Shown in pieces: positions 38,750 to 49,864 of a stretch of DNA of 64,000 nucleotides (positions within the stretch are counted from its first letter, which is position 1; each line of letters starts with the position of its first letter). A program made the translations under genes and the position numbers. The notes below the pieces were generated by a model. That model was not told the DNA's origin. It worked only from the letters and a program-made list of their open reading frames with translations, and searched no databases. Origin of the DNA: Heteronotia binoei (lineage: Eukaryota); contig NC_083232.1 in NCBI RefSeq assembly GCF_032191835.1, positions 44,702,001-44,766,000 on the forward strand, written 5' to 3'.

Positions 38750-39184
38750 GAGGGAGCTTCCCTTACCCCTTTGCTTCCTTTCCTCTCCCCCTTTTTCTGA
38801 CAATCTTCCTCCTTTTTCTCATCCCTCCCCTTCTATCAAGTTTTCCCATCTCTCTTTCTCTCCCTCCCCTTCTCATACAATCTCTCTTTCCCTTTGCTAT
38901 CAAGTACCCCCTTTCTCCCCCTTTCCATTACCTGTCAACCTACTCTGGAGTTGGGTTTTTTTTTGCCCCATTCCTTCTCCATCAGTCTCCCCTCCCTTTC
39001 TCTATCAGCCTACCCCCTTGCTGTTTCTCCCCTCTGTCTTTCTTCCCTTCTTTCCTTATCTGACAACCTACACCCCTTTTTTTGCTTGCCACCCCTTTTC
39101 CATCAATCTTCCTCTCCCCTCCTCTGTCAATCTTCCCTCCTCTCTAATCCCCCTCTCCCCTTTTCTGATGCTCTCCCCCTGCAG
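38750..39184 (+). repeat. ~430-bp C/T-rich low-complexity tract
   Basis: Strongly pyrimidine-rich on the + strand, ending in CCCTGCAG. Confidence 0.85.
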
Positions 39185-39756
39185 TGTCTGGAAAAGTAAG
39201 GTGAGCCAGGCATTGCTCCAGGTTTGCTGGCCCAGCCATGGCAGTGATATCTGGGAGATGCTCCAGACCCAGAATGACTCCCAAACTCCACTGTGGCCAG
39301 GCCTAGAACAGCTTCCAGATGCCAGCAGTGCAGTTGGGCACACAGCAGCTTCCAGATACTGATGCTACTATAGCTGATCCCTGAGTGGTTCCCAGATGTT
39401 GCTGCAGCTGGGACCCGAGCGGCTCCTGAATGCCGCCACCACAGCTGGGCCTGGAACAGCTCCCAGATGCCGATGCTGTGGCCACACCCTGAGCAGCTCT
39501 CAGTTGCTGCTGTTGCCGCCAGCCCTGAAGAAGAGTTCAATTAAAAATATAAATAAAATAAATGTAAATAAATAATAAAAATAAAGGATTTTTTTTATTT
39601 GGGGCAATTTAAACCTCTTTTTTAATATTTCAGATTTTTATGCAATCCTGGGGGCCCTCCAAGTTTTCAGGAAAATCTGTTTAGTGTGCGCATGGCCCTG
39701 ATGCAGATTTAGACACCCATACATGGGGGCCCTGCTTGAGAAGCAGATACATAGAT

Positions 39757-40381
39757 TTTTTTCCCCAATAATTTTTATTGGTTGTTTTGTTATGTAGCAA
39801 TACAAACTTATATATTATTTAACAGTATTAACAAATACATACTTTTCCATGTCACTGGTGTCAGACTTATTTTTACTAGTAAATAACTGCATACATTTAC
39901 CATAAATGGCTTCTATAACAGTAGGTGTTTCAGATCTTTCTTGTAGGAATTCTAAAATTGGAAACCAGACAGTCACTATATCGGAATAGTAGTTAGAGTC
40001 CCTTAATGGTTTCGATTTGTCATTAAGTTTTGCTAGGATGTATAAATTCCAGAGTTTATTATACCAGGCTTTTAAGGATGGAGTTTCATCAGTTTTCCAT
40101 GTACTGGCTATTGTTGATTTGCTGCATATAGTAAAAGGTAATTCTTTCCTGTACAGCTTTGGGAGCTTTGTTCTCTTGTCTAAAATTTAGTAGCAAAGGT
40201 TCTGATGTCATAGGAATATTTTGTTGAGTTAGAGTATGAATGTCATTTAATACTGCTTTCCAGAAGGGTTGGATTATCTGGTGTTCAAGCCAGCAATGAA
40301 TGTAGGAGCCAATTTAGTTGCAATGTCTCCAGCAGTATGGTTGTGCAGTTTTGGTTATGTGGGATAATTTCAAAGGAGTCT
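39757..40381 (-). mobile_element. 5'-truncated L1 LINE
   Basis: Minus strand translates PYCWRHCN*IGSYIHCWLE...PFWKAV (L1 ORF2 Cys motif); poly-T at left; 11-bp TSD GATACATAGAT. Confidence 0.82.
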
Positions 40382-40827
40382 GATACATAGATATGATTCT
40401 GCTATTTTATTTATTGGGGTGGGTGGGTTTAATTATAAAAGGTTTAATAGATAACCACAATAATTTCATCAGCTGTTCCTGGAAGCTGCTCCTGGTATGA
40501 ATTCTGAGGTATGTTCTAGATGCACACTCAGTTCAAATCCAGGAGTATATATAGGCCTACAGAACTTCACTGTCACCCTGTGTGTACTGAGAACGTGCTC
40601 CAAAATGCAGCCAGCACATGCCTGCATCTACATATTATAAGGAAGATCACTAGAGCCTTTATTAAAAAGACAAACCCTTTGCCATTACATATTTCTGACA
40701 CTGGGGTACCTTGAGGGGCTTCTGTGGAACCTGAAACTAGGGTTGCCAATCCCCAGGTGGGGGCAGGGGATCCCCCAGTTTGGAGACCCTCCCCCCATTT
40801 CAGGGTCGTCAGAAAGCAGGGGGAGGG

Positions 40828-41126
40828 TGTAGTGTATGGCGTTCGCAGAACGCAACCAGTTCATAAGGGCCACAACAGCCGAATGACATCAGCCGCGGAG
40901 GCAACTGAGAAACATCCAGGTGCCTCCACGCTGGGCGCAACGATCCGCCAATCACAGCTCGTGGCGGGAAATACGGCTGGCCGGCATTGGACCGGCCAGC
41001 AGGGAGAATAGTCCGGCAACTGTATATATGCGGGATCCGGCCCGCGTGCTCGCTCTCTCCATCTTGTATAGTACCATGTAATAAACTATGTTGCCCTACG
41101 CTCGTCTCCAAGTCTGGTACTTTACA
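40828..41126 (+). repeat. 5' LTR (299 bp)
   Basis: TGTAGTG...TTTACA; CCAAT at ~40947, TATATAT at ~41022, AATAAA at 41080-41085. Confidence 0.97.
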
Positions 41127-41127
41127 G

Positions 41128-41147
41128 TGGCGACGAGGATGGGATTC
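41128..41147 (+). promoter_or_regulatory. Primer-binding site complementary to tRNA-Ser(GCT) 3' end
   Basis: TGGCGACGAGGATGGGATTC is the reverse complement of GAATCCCATCCTCGTCG+CCA, the vertebrate tRNA-Ser(GCT) 3' end as I recall it; separated from the LTR by 1 nt. Confidence 0.85.
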
Positions 41148-41212
41148 TAGCCTCATCGGCTACGACGGAGATCTTGGGCAACGAACGACCTGACACGACT
41201 GCCGCCGCCACC

Positions 41213-43299
41213 ATGGCCAACCAGGGCGGGATCACCGGCTACCTCGAGCCCTTCGACCCCGCAAATCCAGAGGGCTGGGAGTCCTACTCGGAACGGGTCG
41301 AGTTCTACCTCCGGGCCAACAAGATCACCGACGCCGGAGCAAAGAGGGATGTTCTCCTGAGCGTTTGCGGGCCAGCCACGTTCGAGATCGCGAAGGGTCT
41401 CTCGGCACCCGCCCGCCTGGCGGAGAAATCCTACGAGGAGATCATCCGGCTCCTCACGGGCCATTTCTTGCCGCAGCCCTCACGGGTGGCTCGCAGATTC
41501 CTGTTCCACAGAAGGGACCAGACCGCAGGAGAGTCAGCAGCGGACTACTTGGCGGCCCTCCGCAAACTCGCCGGGAACTGCAACTTTCCCCAGCTGGAGG
41601 AAACCCTGGCCGACCGATTCACGTGGGGCCTCCGCGATGAAAGGCTCCAGCAGAAGCTCTTCGCCAAAGAAGAGCTCACCCTCCAGGGCGCCTTCAGCGA
41701 GGCGGTAGCGTGGGAGAGGACCACCAGGACGTTTCCCCGGGCCAAGACCGAGACCGCTCACCACGAGGAGCTGGACCCCGAGCACCAGGATGAGGGAGAA
41801 GCCTTCCAGACGCGACGCGCCGCAGGACCCGCCGCCCGAGCTCCACAGCGCCCCCGAGCCCACGAATGGCAGAGTCAGCGCACCAGCGAAAGGGCTAAAT
41901 GCGCCAGCTGCGGCGACCCCCACGATCGGCGGGACTGCCAGTACCGGACCTGGGACTGCAGAAGCTGCGGGAAGACCGGCCACATAGCGCGGGCTTGCCG
42001 AGCCAAGCCCCACCGCCCGCGGCCGACCGCGCACCACGAGGCCGCCGAGTCCCACTCCACAGCCTCCACCTCACTTCAGGTACTGAATTTACCCCTGACC
42101 ACCCCCAACAAGATAACGATGGCGGTCCTCATAGACGGGGCCCCCTGCACCATGGAAGTGGACTCAGGCTCCTCCATCTCCATAATTGCGGAGGAGACCC
42201 TGAGAAGGCTACGCCCCGGCCAGGGGCTGCAGCTGCGACCGGCAAATTTCATATTGCGGGACTTCCAGCAAAACCCGGTCCAAATAGCGGGGTGGGCACG
42301 GGTGCTGGTGGAGCGGGGGTCCTTCAGAGGGCCCCTAGACATCCTGGTAGTCAAGCGGCCGCTTACCACCCTGTTGGGTCTTGCATGGTTTGGCCCCTTG
42401 GGAATCCGAGTAGAGGTGGCGCGCACAGCCACAGCAGGAGGGTTCGGGGAGGTGTGCGGAGAGTTCCCCGACGTATTCGATGGGTCGCTGGGTAGTTACA
42501 AGGGCCCGGCCATCTCCCTACCGCTCGACCCGACGGTCAGACCGATCCGGCTCAAGGCAAGGAGGGTCCCCTTCGCCTTGAAGCCCAAGATCGAGGCAGA
42601 GTTGGACCGCCTAGTAGCCCAAGGGGTCCTGGAGCCAGTTGATTACGCCATGTGGGAGACCCCCATAGTGACCCCGGTCAAACCAAATGGGGACGTGCGG
42701 ATATGTGCCGATTACAAGTGCACAATAAACAAAGCGCTCCAAGACAACCCATACCCGGTGCCAGTAGTCAGCCACGTCCTGGCAGCCCTGGCGGGGTCAA
42801 AGATTTTTGGGAAGCTGGACCTGGCACAAGCCTACCAGCAGCTCCCAGTGGACGCTAAAACGGCCGAGGCGCAGACGATAGTTACCCACAGGGGGGCGTT
42901 CAGGGTTAACCGGTTGCAGTTTGGGGTCAGCGTGGCTCCAGGGATCTTCCAGAGCATAATGGATGCTCTCCTTAAAGGGATCCCCGGAGTCCAGCCGTTT
43001 TTCGATGATGTTTTAATCGCCGCCCCGGACCCCGAGGAATTCCGCAACCGCCTCCGGGAGGTGCTCCGCCGTTTTCAAGCCGCTGGACTAAAAGTTAAAA
43101 GGGAGAAGTGCATGCTGGGGGTGGAGTTCCTGGGATTCGCAGTGGACGCGGAGGGAATCCACCCGACCGAGGAAAAGACTAGGGCCATTGTTCAAGCCCC
43201 TGCCCCCACGTGTAAAGCGGAGCTACAGAGCTTCTTGGGGGTCCTCAATTTCTACCACACGTTCATACCCCACAAGGCGGCCCTCGCCGAACCCCTACA
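41213..43299 (+). CDS. Gag-protease-RT portion of Gypsy polyprotein (open frame up to the first frameshift)
   Basis: ATG in GCCGCCACCATGG context; gag motif FHRRDQTAGESAADYLAALRKL; protease VDSGSSISII; RT motifs RICADYK, KLDLAQAYQQL, FFDD. Confidence 0.9.
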
Positions 43300-45166
43300 T
43301 GGGTGTGGGGGAAGAAGCAAGCCGCCGCCTTCCAGGCAGTTAAGGACGTCCTGGTCTCCAACGCGGTGCTGCACCACTTCGACGAGCGCCTCCCGGTTGT
43401 CCTGGCATGCGATGCATCGCCGTACGGGGTGGGCGCTGTCCTGGGGCACCAGTTACCGGATGGCCGGGAGGTTCCGGTCGCATACTACTCACGCACCCTG
43501 ACCTCGGCAGAACGGAACTACGCACAAATCGACAAGGAGGCCCTGGCCATAGTAGCGGGGGTCCATAAATTCAACGATTATTTGTATGGGCGCCGGTTCA
43601 CGATAGCGACGGACCATAAGCCGCTTTTGGGTCTGTTGGCCCCAGACCGACAAACTCCCCAAATCCTGTCCCAGAGGGTGTTGAGGTGGAATCAATTCCT
43701 CAACTCGTACACCTACACGCTGGTACACAGGGCGGGCAAGGCAATGGGTCACGCGGACGCTCTCAGCCGGCTGCCGCTACCTGACACAGGCCCCGATCCA
43801 GCCCCAGCACACCAGGTCATGTCGATCGAGTCGCTTCCAGAGCAGCCCCTCCACGCGGCGGAGGTGGCTACAGCCACCGGGAAAAACAAAATCCTAGCAC
43901 GGGTGCTCGACTGGGTGGTGAGGGGGTGGCCAGAGGGGAACATGGGGGAAGAGTTCAAACCCTACAAAATGCGAAGGGAGGAACTCACAGCCCACAAAGG
44001 GTGCCTACTATGGGGGAGCAGGGTAGTGGTCCCCCCCCTCTACAGAAACGGGTCTTAGAATCACTCCACGAAACACACCCAGGCATAGTGAGAATGAAGG
44101 CCCTGGCCAGGAGCTACGTATGGTGGCCGGGGAGATAGAGAACTGGGTCCGGAGATGCAGCACATGCCAGGAGTCGCGGCCGGACCCACCCAGCGCCCCG
44201 GCTACACGGTGGGAGACCACAAGGAAACCGTGGTCCCGGCTCCACATTGATTTTGCCGGGCCGTTCCAGGGACAGATCTTCCTAATCATTGTGGATGCAT
44301 ACACAAAATGGTTAGAGGTCGTTCCCGTAGGGTCTACCTCGTCAGCAGCAGCCATTAGAGCATTACGCAGGGTCCTGTGCACCCACGGTATTCCGGACAC
44401 CATAGTCTCGGACAACGGGGCAGCGTTCACTTCGGGGGACTTCCAGGCGTTCCTCCAGAGGTACCTCATTAGACACATCCGGTCAGCCCCCTTCCACCCG
44501 GCCACCAACGGCCAGGCCGAGCGGATGGTCCGAACAACAAAAGAGGCCCTGGGAAGGATAGTGCAAGGCGATTGGGACCACCGGCTAGCCGCGTTCCTCT
44601 TCGACAACCGGGTCATCCCAAACCCAGTCACCGGGGTCAGCCCAGCCGAGCTCCTCATGGGGCGCAAGCTCACCACAAGACTAGATCGGCTAAACCCCGA
44701 CAGAGCCCCCGACGTGCGAGGGTCACCGGAGGTCAGAGAAGCGGCTAGGGGGTTCTTCGCAGGGGACCCAGTGTACGCCCGCAACTACGCTTCAGGCCCC
44801 GAGTGGGTAGCCGGGCGGGTACTACGGGTCGTGGGTTCCCGCCATTATGAGGTATCCACCGAGGGGGGCCAGATCCTACACCGGCACATCGACCAGTTAC
44901 GCCGCCGGACTCTCCCAGAGGTACCCACGGAAATGAGGGAGGGGTCAGGGTCCGAGGGGCACCCAATGACACCTGCACCGACACCACGGCCACACACACC
45001 AGCAGAGGCGGACCAACCCTCGGACCCCGACCCACAACCCAACAACGCTCAAACCCCCGGGGAAACCCCAGAGGTGGAAGTAGCCCCGGCACCACAAGCC
45101 ACTCCCAGGCGTTCAACACGGGAGTGCCGACCTCCCGCCTACCTCCAGGACTATGTCACTAACTAA
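43300..45166 (+). pseudogene. RT thumb/RNase H/integrase portion of pol, split by frameshifts at ~43300, ~44035 and ~44132
   Basis: RNase H CDASPYGVGAVL, YAQIDKEALAIV, TDHKPL; integrase HETHPG...CSTC, LHIDFAGP, IVSDNG, NGQAER; C-terminal RRSTRECRPPAYLQDY; spread over ORFs 43303-44058, 43926-44138 and 44120-45166. Confidence 0.92.
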
Positions 45167-45177
45167 GGGGGGAGGAG
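45165..45177 (+). promoter_or_regulatory. Polypurine tract
   Basis: AAGGGGGGAGGAG abutting the 3' LTR and overlapping the pol stop codon TAA (45164-45166). Confidence 0.9.
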
Positions 45178-45476
45178 TGTAGTGTATGCCGTTCGCAGAA
45201 CGCAACCAGTTCATAAGGGCCACAACAGCCGAATGACATCAGCCGCGGAGGCAACTGAGAAACATCCAGGTGCCTCCGCGCTGGGCGCAACGATCCGCCA
45301 ATCACAGCTCGTGGCGGGAAATACGGCTGGCCGGCATTGGACCGGCCAGCAGGGAGAATAGTCCGGCAACTGTATATATGCGGGATCCGGCCCGCGTGCT
45401 CGCTCTCTCCATCTTGTATAGTACCATGTAATAAACTATGTTGCCCTACGCTCGTCTCCAAGTCTGGTACTTTACA
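45178..45476 (+). repeat. 3' LTR (299 bp)
   Basis: Identical to the 5' LTR except 40839 G vs 45189 C and 40928 A vs 45278 G. Confidence 0.97.
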
Positions 45477-46074
45477 GAGGGGAGGGAAATGTCTGCTGGG
45501 AACTCTTATTATTCCCTATGGAGATTTATTCCCATAGAAAATCATGGCGAATTGATCTGCGGGTATCTGAAGCTCTGGGGTGGGGGGTTGTCTTTTGGGG
45601 TAGAGGCACCAAATTTTCTGTATAGCATCTAGTTCCTCTCCCCAAAATACCCCCCAAGTTTCAAAAAGATTGGACCAGGGGGTCCAATTCTATGAGTCCC
45701 AAAAGAAGGTGCCCTTATCCTTCATTATTTCCTATGGAAGAAAGGAATTGAAAAGGTGTGCCGTCCCTTTAAATGTGATGGCCAGAACTCCCTTTGGAGT
45801 TCAATTATGCTTGTCACAGCCTTGATCTTGGCTCCACCCCTAATGTCTCCTGGCTCCACCCCCAAAGCCCCCAGATATTCCTTAAATTGGACTTGGCAAC
45901 CCTACCTGAAACACAGTTTGAAAACCACTATTACGTGACTGAATAATAGGATATCAAGAAACAGATTTTGCAAGATCCTAGAAGGCTTTTTACTTGGTGA
46001 TAATTTTCTGTTATGAATCATATGCTGAGATCTTATTATTTTGCCAGTTTCATCACAGATATAAGAAAGATTTT

Positions 46075-46127
46075 ACACAGAGACACACACTGAGAGACAC
46101 AGTCACACGTTACACACACACACACAC
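46075..46127. repeat. Interrupted (CA)n microsatellite
   Basis: Direct reading. Confidence 0.8.
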
Positions 46128-47224
46128 TGTTTCCTGAAATGGAACAAACGTTAAAATTCTGAGATTGTTCTGGATTATAATACAGCAATGACTTCAGTAA
46201 GAGCACATTTAAGCCTCATTTCAAATGTCCTGCTTGAAACTGTGTAATTTAGACCTGCTTTGTAAAAACATGCATGCATAATTCATAATCAGTGTTCATA
46301 ACGAAACCCTGCAGTGTAATTGGAATAGATTTGCCTATTTGCCTTGTTTTTCTCTTTTACCCTCTTCCTTATCTAGTTCAGTGGAATGCCGCTTCAAATC
46401 TCCTAGACAGTTCCTAAATCTGTTAATCTGGAATTACAGGATGTCTTTAGAATGCTGGGGGCTTCTTCAAAATTAGTTAGATTAAGAATCCCATGTGCAT
46501 ATTTGTTGAGAATGCATCTTTCATACAATATGGCACTACTGTAACATGAAACATGTAACACTTAGGAACATGGAATTGTTGTATATATGTTCATTAGTTG
46601 TTAATGCTGATTTGGTTAATTTTGCACTACAGAGTGGAATTTTTAATGTTTACAGTTTGCAACCACGACATAGTTATAGTGTTTGTCATGCCTACATTGT
46701 AAGCCAAAATGCCCTCAAAATGAGGATGGGGAATTGTCAGGTGGGCACCTGGCTTAATCAGGATCTTTTACCTGTGTATACAGGACTCCATGTCCAGAAA
46801 TTAATGCTTAAAAATATTAAAGACTCTAATTAAGTAAAACAATTAAAATTTATTCCAGAAAATATAGGCTTACATACAAGATAAAATACTCATAAAATCA
46901 TACACACAGTCCTAAGAAAAATAGAGATATAGAGACAACATATGGGTAGACAAACAGAGTGATAATTACCGATCATAGTCTTCAAGGAAGGCTCCAATGG
47001 CGATGAAAGAGGACGGTGGTAATGGGACCCTCAACTGGCCAAGAATTGGGGATGGATTAGACAGCAGAACTGGGATACTGCTAGATGCACACCTGAGTGG
47101 AGTTGGGTCAGAGGTTAAATAGACTACTTGGGGGTAGCTTGGGAATGTGATTTTACTTCTCCAGGAGTCTCTTCACCCCACCTTTGTAAATGTGTATAGT
47201 TGTGAGTAGGGTCCCCCCCCCCTG

Positions 47225-47356
47225 CTGGAGCCACAGGAGCAGAGTTCCGCTCCAGCTGGCCTGACCCTCCCATGTTGCAGCCACGTGGTCCTAGGCCAGT
47301 AATGTGGCCTAATATGCAATGAGCTCCTGCTGGGCTTTTTCTACAAAAAAAGCACT
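47225..47356 (-). mobile_element. CAGGGCTTTT-family MITE (degenerate)
   Basis: Reverse family core gtggcctaatatgcaatgagctcctgctgggctttt. Confidence 0.7.
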
Positions 47357-48822
47357 GGTTGTGAGAAAGAAAGCTACATAATCTGAGATATGGTGTTCCC
47401 ATGAGTGATGAGTTGATCGTTGCTATTAAAAAAAAAATTCTTCAATGTGTGGGTCTGATTTAGGCTCTGGAAGAGGTTTGTTTTAGTCTGTATGATGCAC
47501 AGATCTATGATACTAAAGCATAGAAATAAATTTAACTGAAATCATTATGATAAATATCTATGTAATTTGTTTAGTGTTGGAGTCTGTAATCTGTACTTCC
47601 TCTACCCTTATAATCAACTTTTTAGACTTTAATTAACAGAAATATTCCAAAAATAAGGTAAGAAGAAGATGGGCCTCCTTAACTGTAGCCTTGATAAGGG
47701 ACCTCATTTGCCATCCTCCAGGTGGTGGCTGGAGACTTCCTGAGATGACAACTAATCTCAGGGCAACAGAGATCAGTTCACTTGGAGAAAATGGCTGCTT
47801 TGGAAGGTGGACTCTATTGCATTGTTCTCCATTGAAATCCCTTCCCTCCCCAAACCCTGTCTTCCTCAGGCTCCACCCCCAAAATCTCCTGGTATTTCCC
47901 AGAGCTGCTAAGTAACCCTACCCATTAACACATCTAAAGGAGAGCGAGTGCGTAGAATCTCCCATCTTAAACAAGAAGTTTTCTCTGCATTCTAGTTTTA
48001 GGCCACCTATGCAGATATTAATGAGGTTACCAGGTGAAGTGTTTCTTGGGACAAAATACAAAATACTGATTCCCTAAACTAAAATAACTGCTTCTTCTGC
48101 AGACAGTCTTGTTTTTAAAATTGGTTGCATTCTATGCTGTGAATTACATCCCTTTAGAACTGTGTTATGAAACACATGCAAGGATAACAGAGCTCACAAT
48201 GATAATAAATCTGCTGAATTTCTCATAACATTAACAAAACAAAGCTGGAGGATTATTTTAAATAACCTGACCTATTTTTTTTTTGGTACATTCAATACAT
48301 TGGTATGAGCTGCAGTTTTCATAACAACACAATACAGGATTTGGATCCCTGCTTCTTCTCTAGTGCAATTAGCCAATGTTGTTTCACAAGCAGAAATTAC
48401 CTTAGCGTGCAACAAGTAAATGAAATTAAAAGAGAGTTTCCCCCCAAGCATTTCAATGATTCCCCTCTTTTAATTATATCTCAGTGATATTTCTGCTTTT
48501 TCGATGATAAAGGATGTCTTCATTTGTTTAAAAACTATTTAAGCTTGTTTCTTTTCTGAACATCTCAGAACCCAATTACTAGAGGATGAAAGTTTCTAGG
48601 AGCATAGGGATATATGTCCTTTTTAACCAAGGAAATCCAAATCACTACACAGAAAAACAATAAAGGTCTACATGAAGAAGTCTTTTTAATTTGGAAAAAT
48701 ACTCTTAATGGACTTATCAGTCTTCATCTTAGTGGACTGGTCAGTGTGTTTTCTAATTGCCTGGGGGGTTAGTCAGCAGCTCTGTGAGTTCTTATCCTTT
48801 GAAAGAAGAAGCCAATTCCATC

Positions 48823-49305
48823 TGGGGTTGCCAATCCTCAGTTGAGGGCAGGGGATCCCTCAACTTGGATGCGCTGTCCCCCCCCCCCCCCTTCAGGGAT
48901 ATCAGAAAGTGGGGGGGATGGAAATGTCTGCTGGGCACTTCATTATACTCTATGGAGACCAATTCCCATAGGGTATAATGGAGAATTGATCCATGGGTAG
49001 CTGGGGCTCGGGGGGGGGGCTGTTTTTTGAGGTAGAGGCACCAAATTTTCAGGATAGCATCTGGTGCATCTCCTCAAAACACCCCCAAGTTTCAAAAAAA
49101 TTGGACTAGGGGGTCCAGTTGTATGAGCCCCAAAAGAAGGTGCCCCTATCCATTATTTCCAAATGGAGGGCAGGCATTTAAAAGACATGCAGTCCCTTTA
49201 AATGTGATTGCCTGAACTTCCTTCAGAGTTAAATCATGCTTGTCTTGTTCCTGGTTCTATCCCCAAAGTCCCTAGATATTTCTTGAGTCAGACCTGGTAG
49301 CCCTA
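48823..49305. mobile_element. hAT MITE, TAGGGTTGCCA family (long type)
   Basis: Perfect TSD ATTCCATC. Confidence 0.9.
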
Positions 49306-49864
49306 ATTCCATCCCTGTCTCTTGAGCTTGAAGATCCCTTCCCTGCATTTCTAGAAAACTGAGAGAATTTACAAAGCATCCACAGACTCCTGGAACACTA
49401 TCACAGGCTGCCAGGGGTTCCTGGACCTCAGCTCGAGAAGCATCAAAATAGGATATTAATGCCTTTGCACTGATATCTGATGCCAAAAGACAGTATCAGC
49501 CCCTGATGGTGGCTCTTCTAGATATTGCTTCTACTGCTTTACAAAGAATATAGGAGTGTCTGCCTGCTTTGCCATTTAAAGAAATTATAAGTGTACTCTG
49601 CAGATAACTTAGGTGGTTGGATTGCTAGTGCCACTACTGAGCCTGGCCTGCCTTCGGTGGGGGAGGGCGGGATACAAAAATAAATTTATTATTATTATTA
49701 CTGAATCATTTTTAAGATCAGAAGAACGCCTACTTAGATATAATTATGTGCATTAGTCTCTCTCCCCATGGGAAATCACTCCCCTTAAAATATTTATTAC
49801 TGATGTGTTATGTTATGTATCCCACCTCTCTTCTATGGAACATGTGGGTTTTCCCGGGAGTATC

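Larger units (their letters stand above)
40828..45476 (+). mobile_element. Full-length Ty3/Gypsy LTR retrotransposon, Mag-like lineage, 4649 bp
   Basis: TG...CA LTRs, 5-bp TSD GAGGG (40823-40827, 45477-45481), PBS, PPT, domain order gag-PR-RT-RNaseH-IN; two Cys/His knuckles (CASCGDPHDRRDC, CRSCGKTGHIARAC); no env or chromodomain seen. Confidence 0.97.
40738..45904. mobile_element. hAT MITE (TAGGGTTGCCA TIR family, ~510 bp core) interrupted by the Gypsy element
   Basis: TIRs TAGGGTTGCCA / TGGCAACCCTA; perfect 8-bp TSD CCTGAAAC (40730-40737, 45905-45912); the halves rejoin into the same repeat as 4054-4562. Confidence 0.92.

Noticed and set aside
38724-39362. 212-aa Ser/Pro/Leu/Phe ORF
   Set aside because: Translation of the C/T low-complexity tract.
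39230-39520. Degenerate cagct.ccagatg repeats as a coding or array feature
   Set aside because: Irregular period and poor identity; most likely the internal minisatellite of an old transposon.
44025-44045. Programmed ribosomal frameshift at the C8 run
   Set aside because: It lies between RNase H and integrase, not at the gag-pol junction, and gag-pol is already one frame. A homopolymer deletion or sequencing error is simpler.
41534-45119. Antisense ORFs within the Gypsy element (e.g. 41534-42055, 44008-44784)
   Set aside because: Shadow ORFs of a GC-rich coding strand; no env-like or other domain seen.
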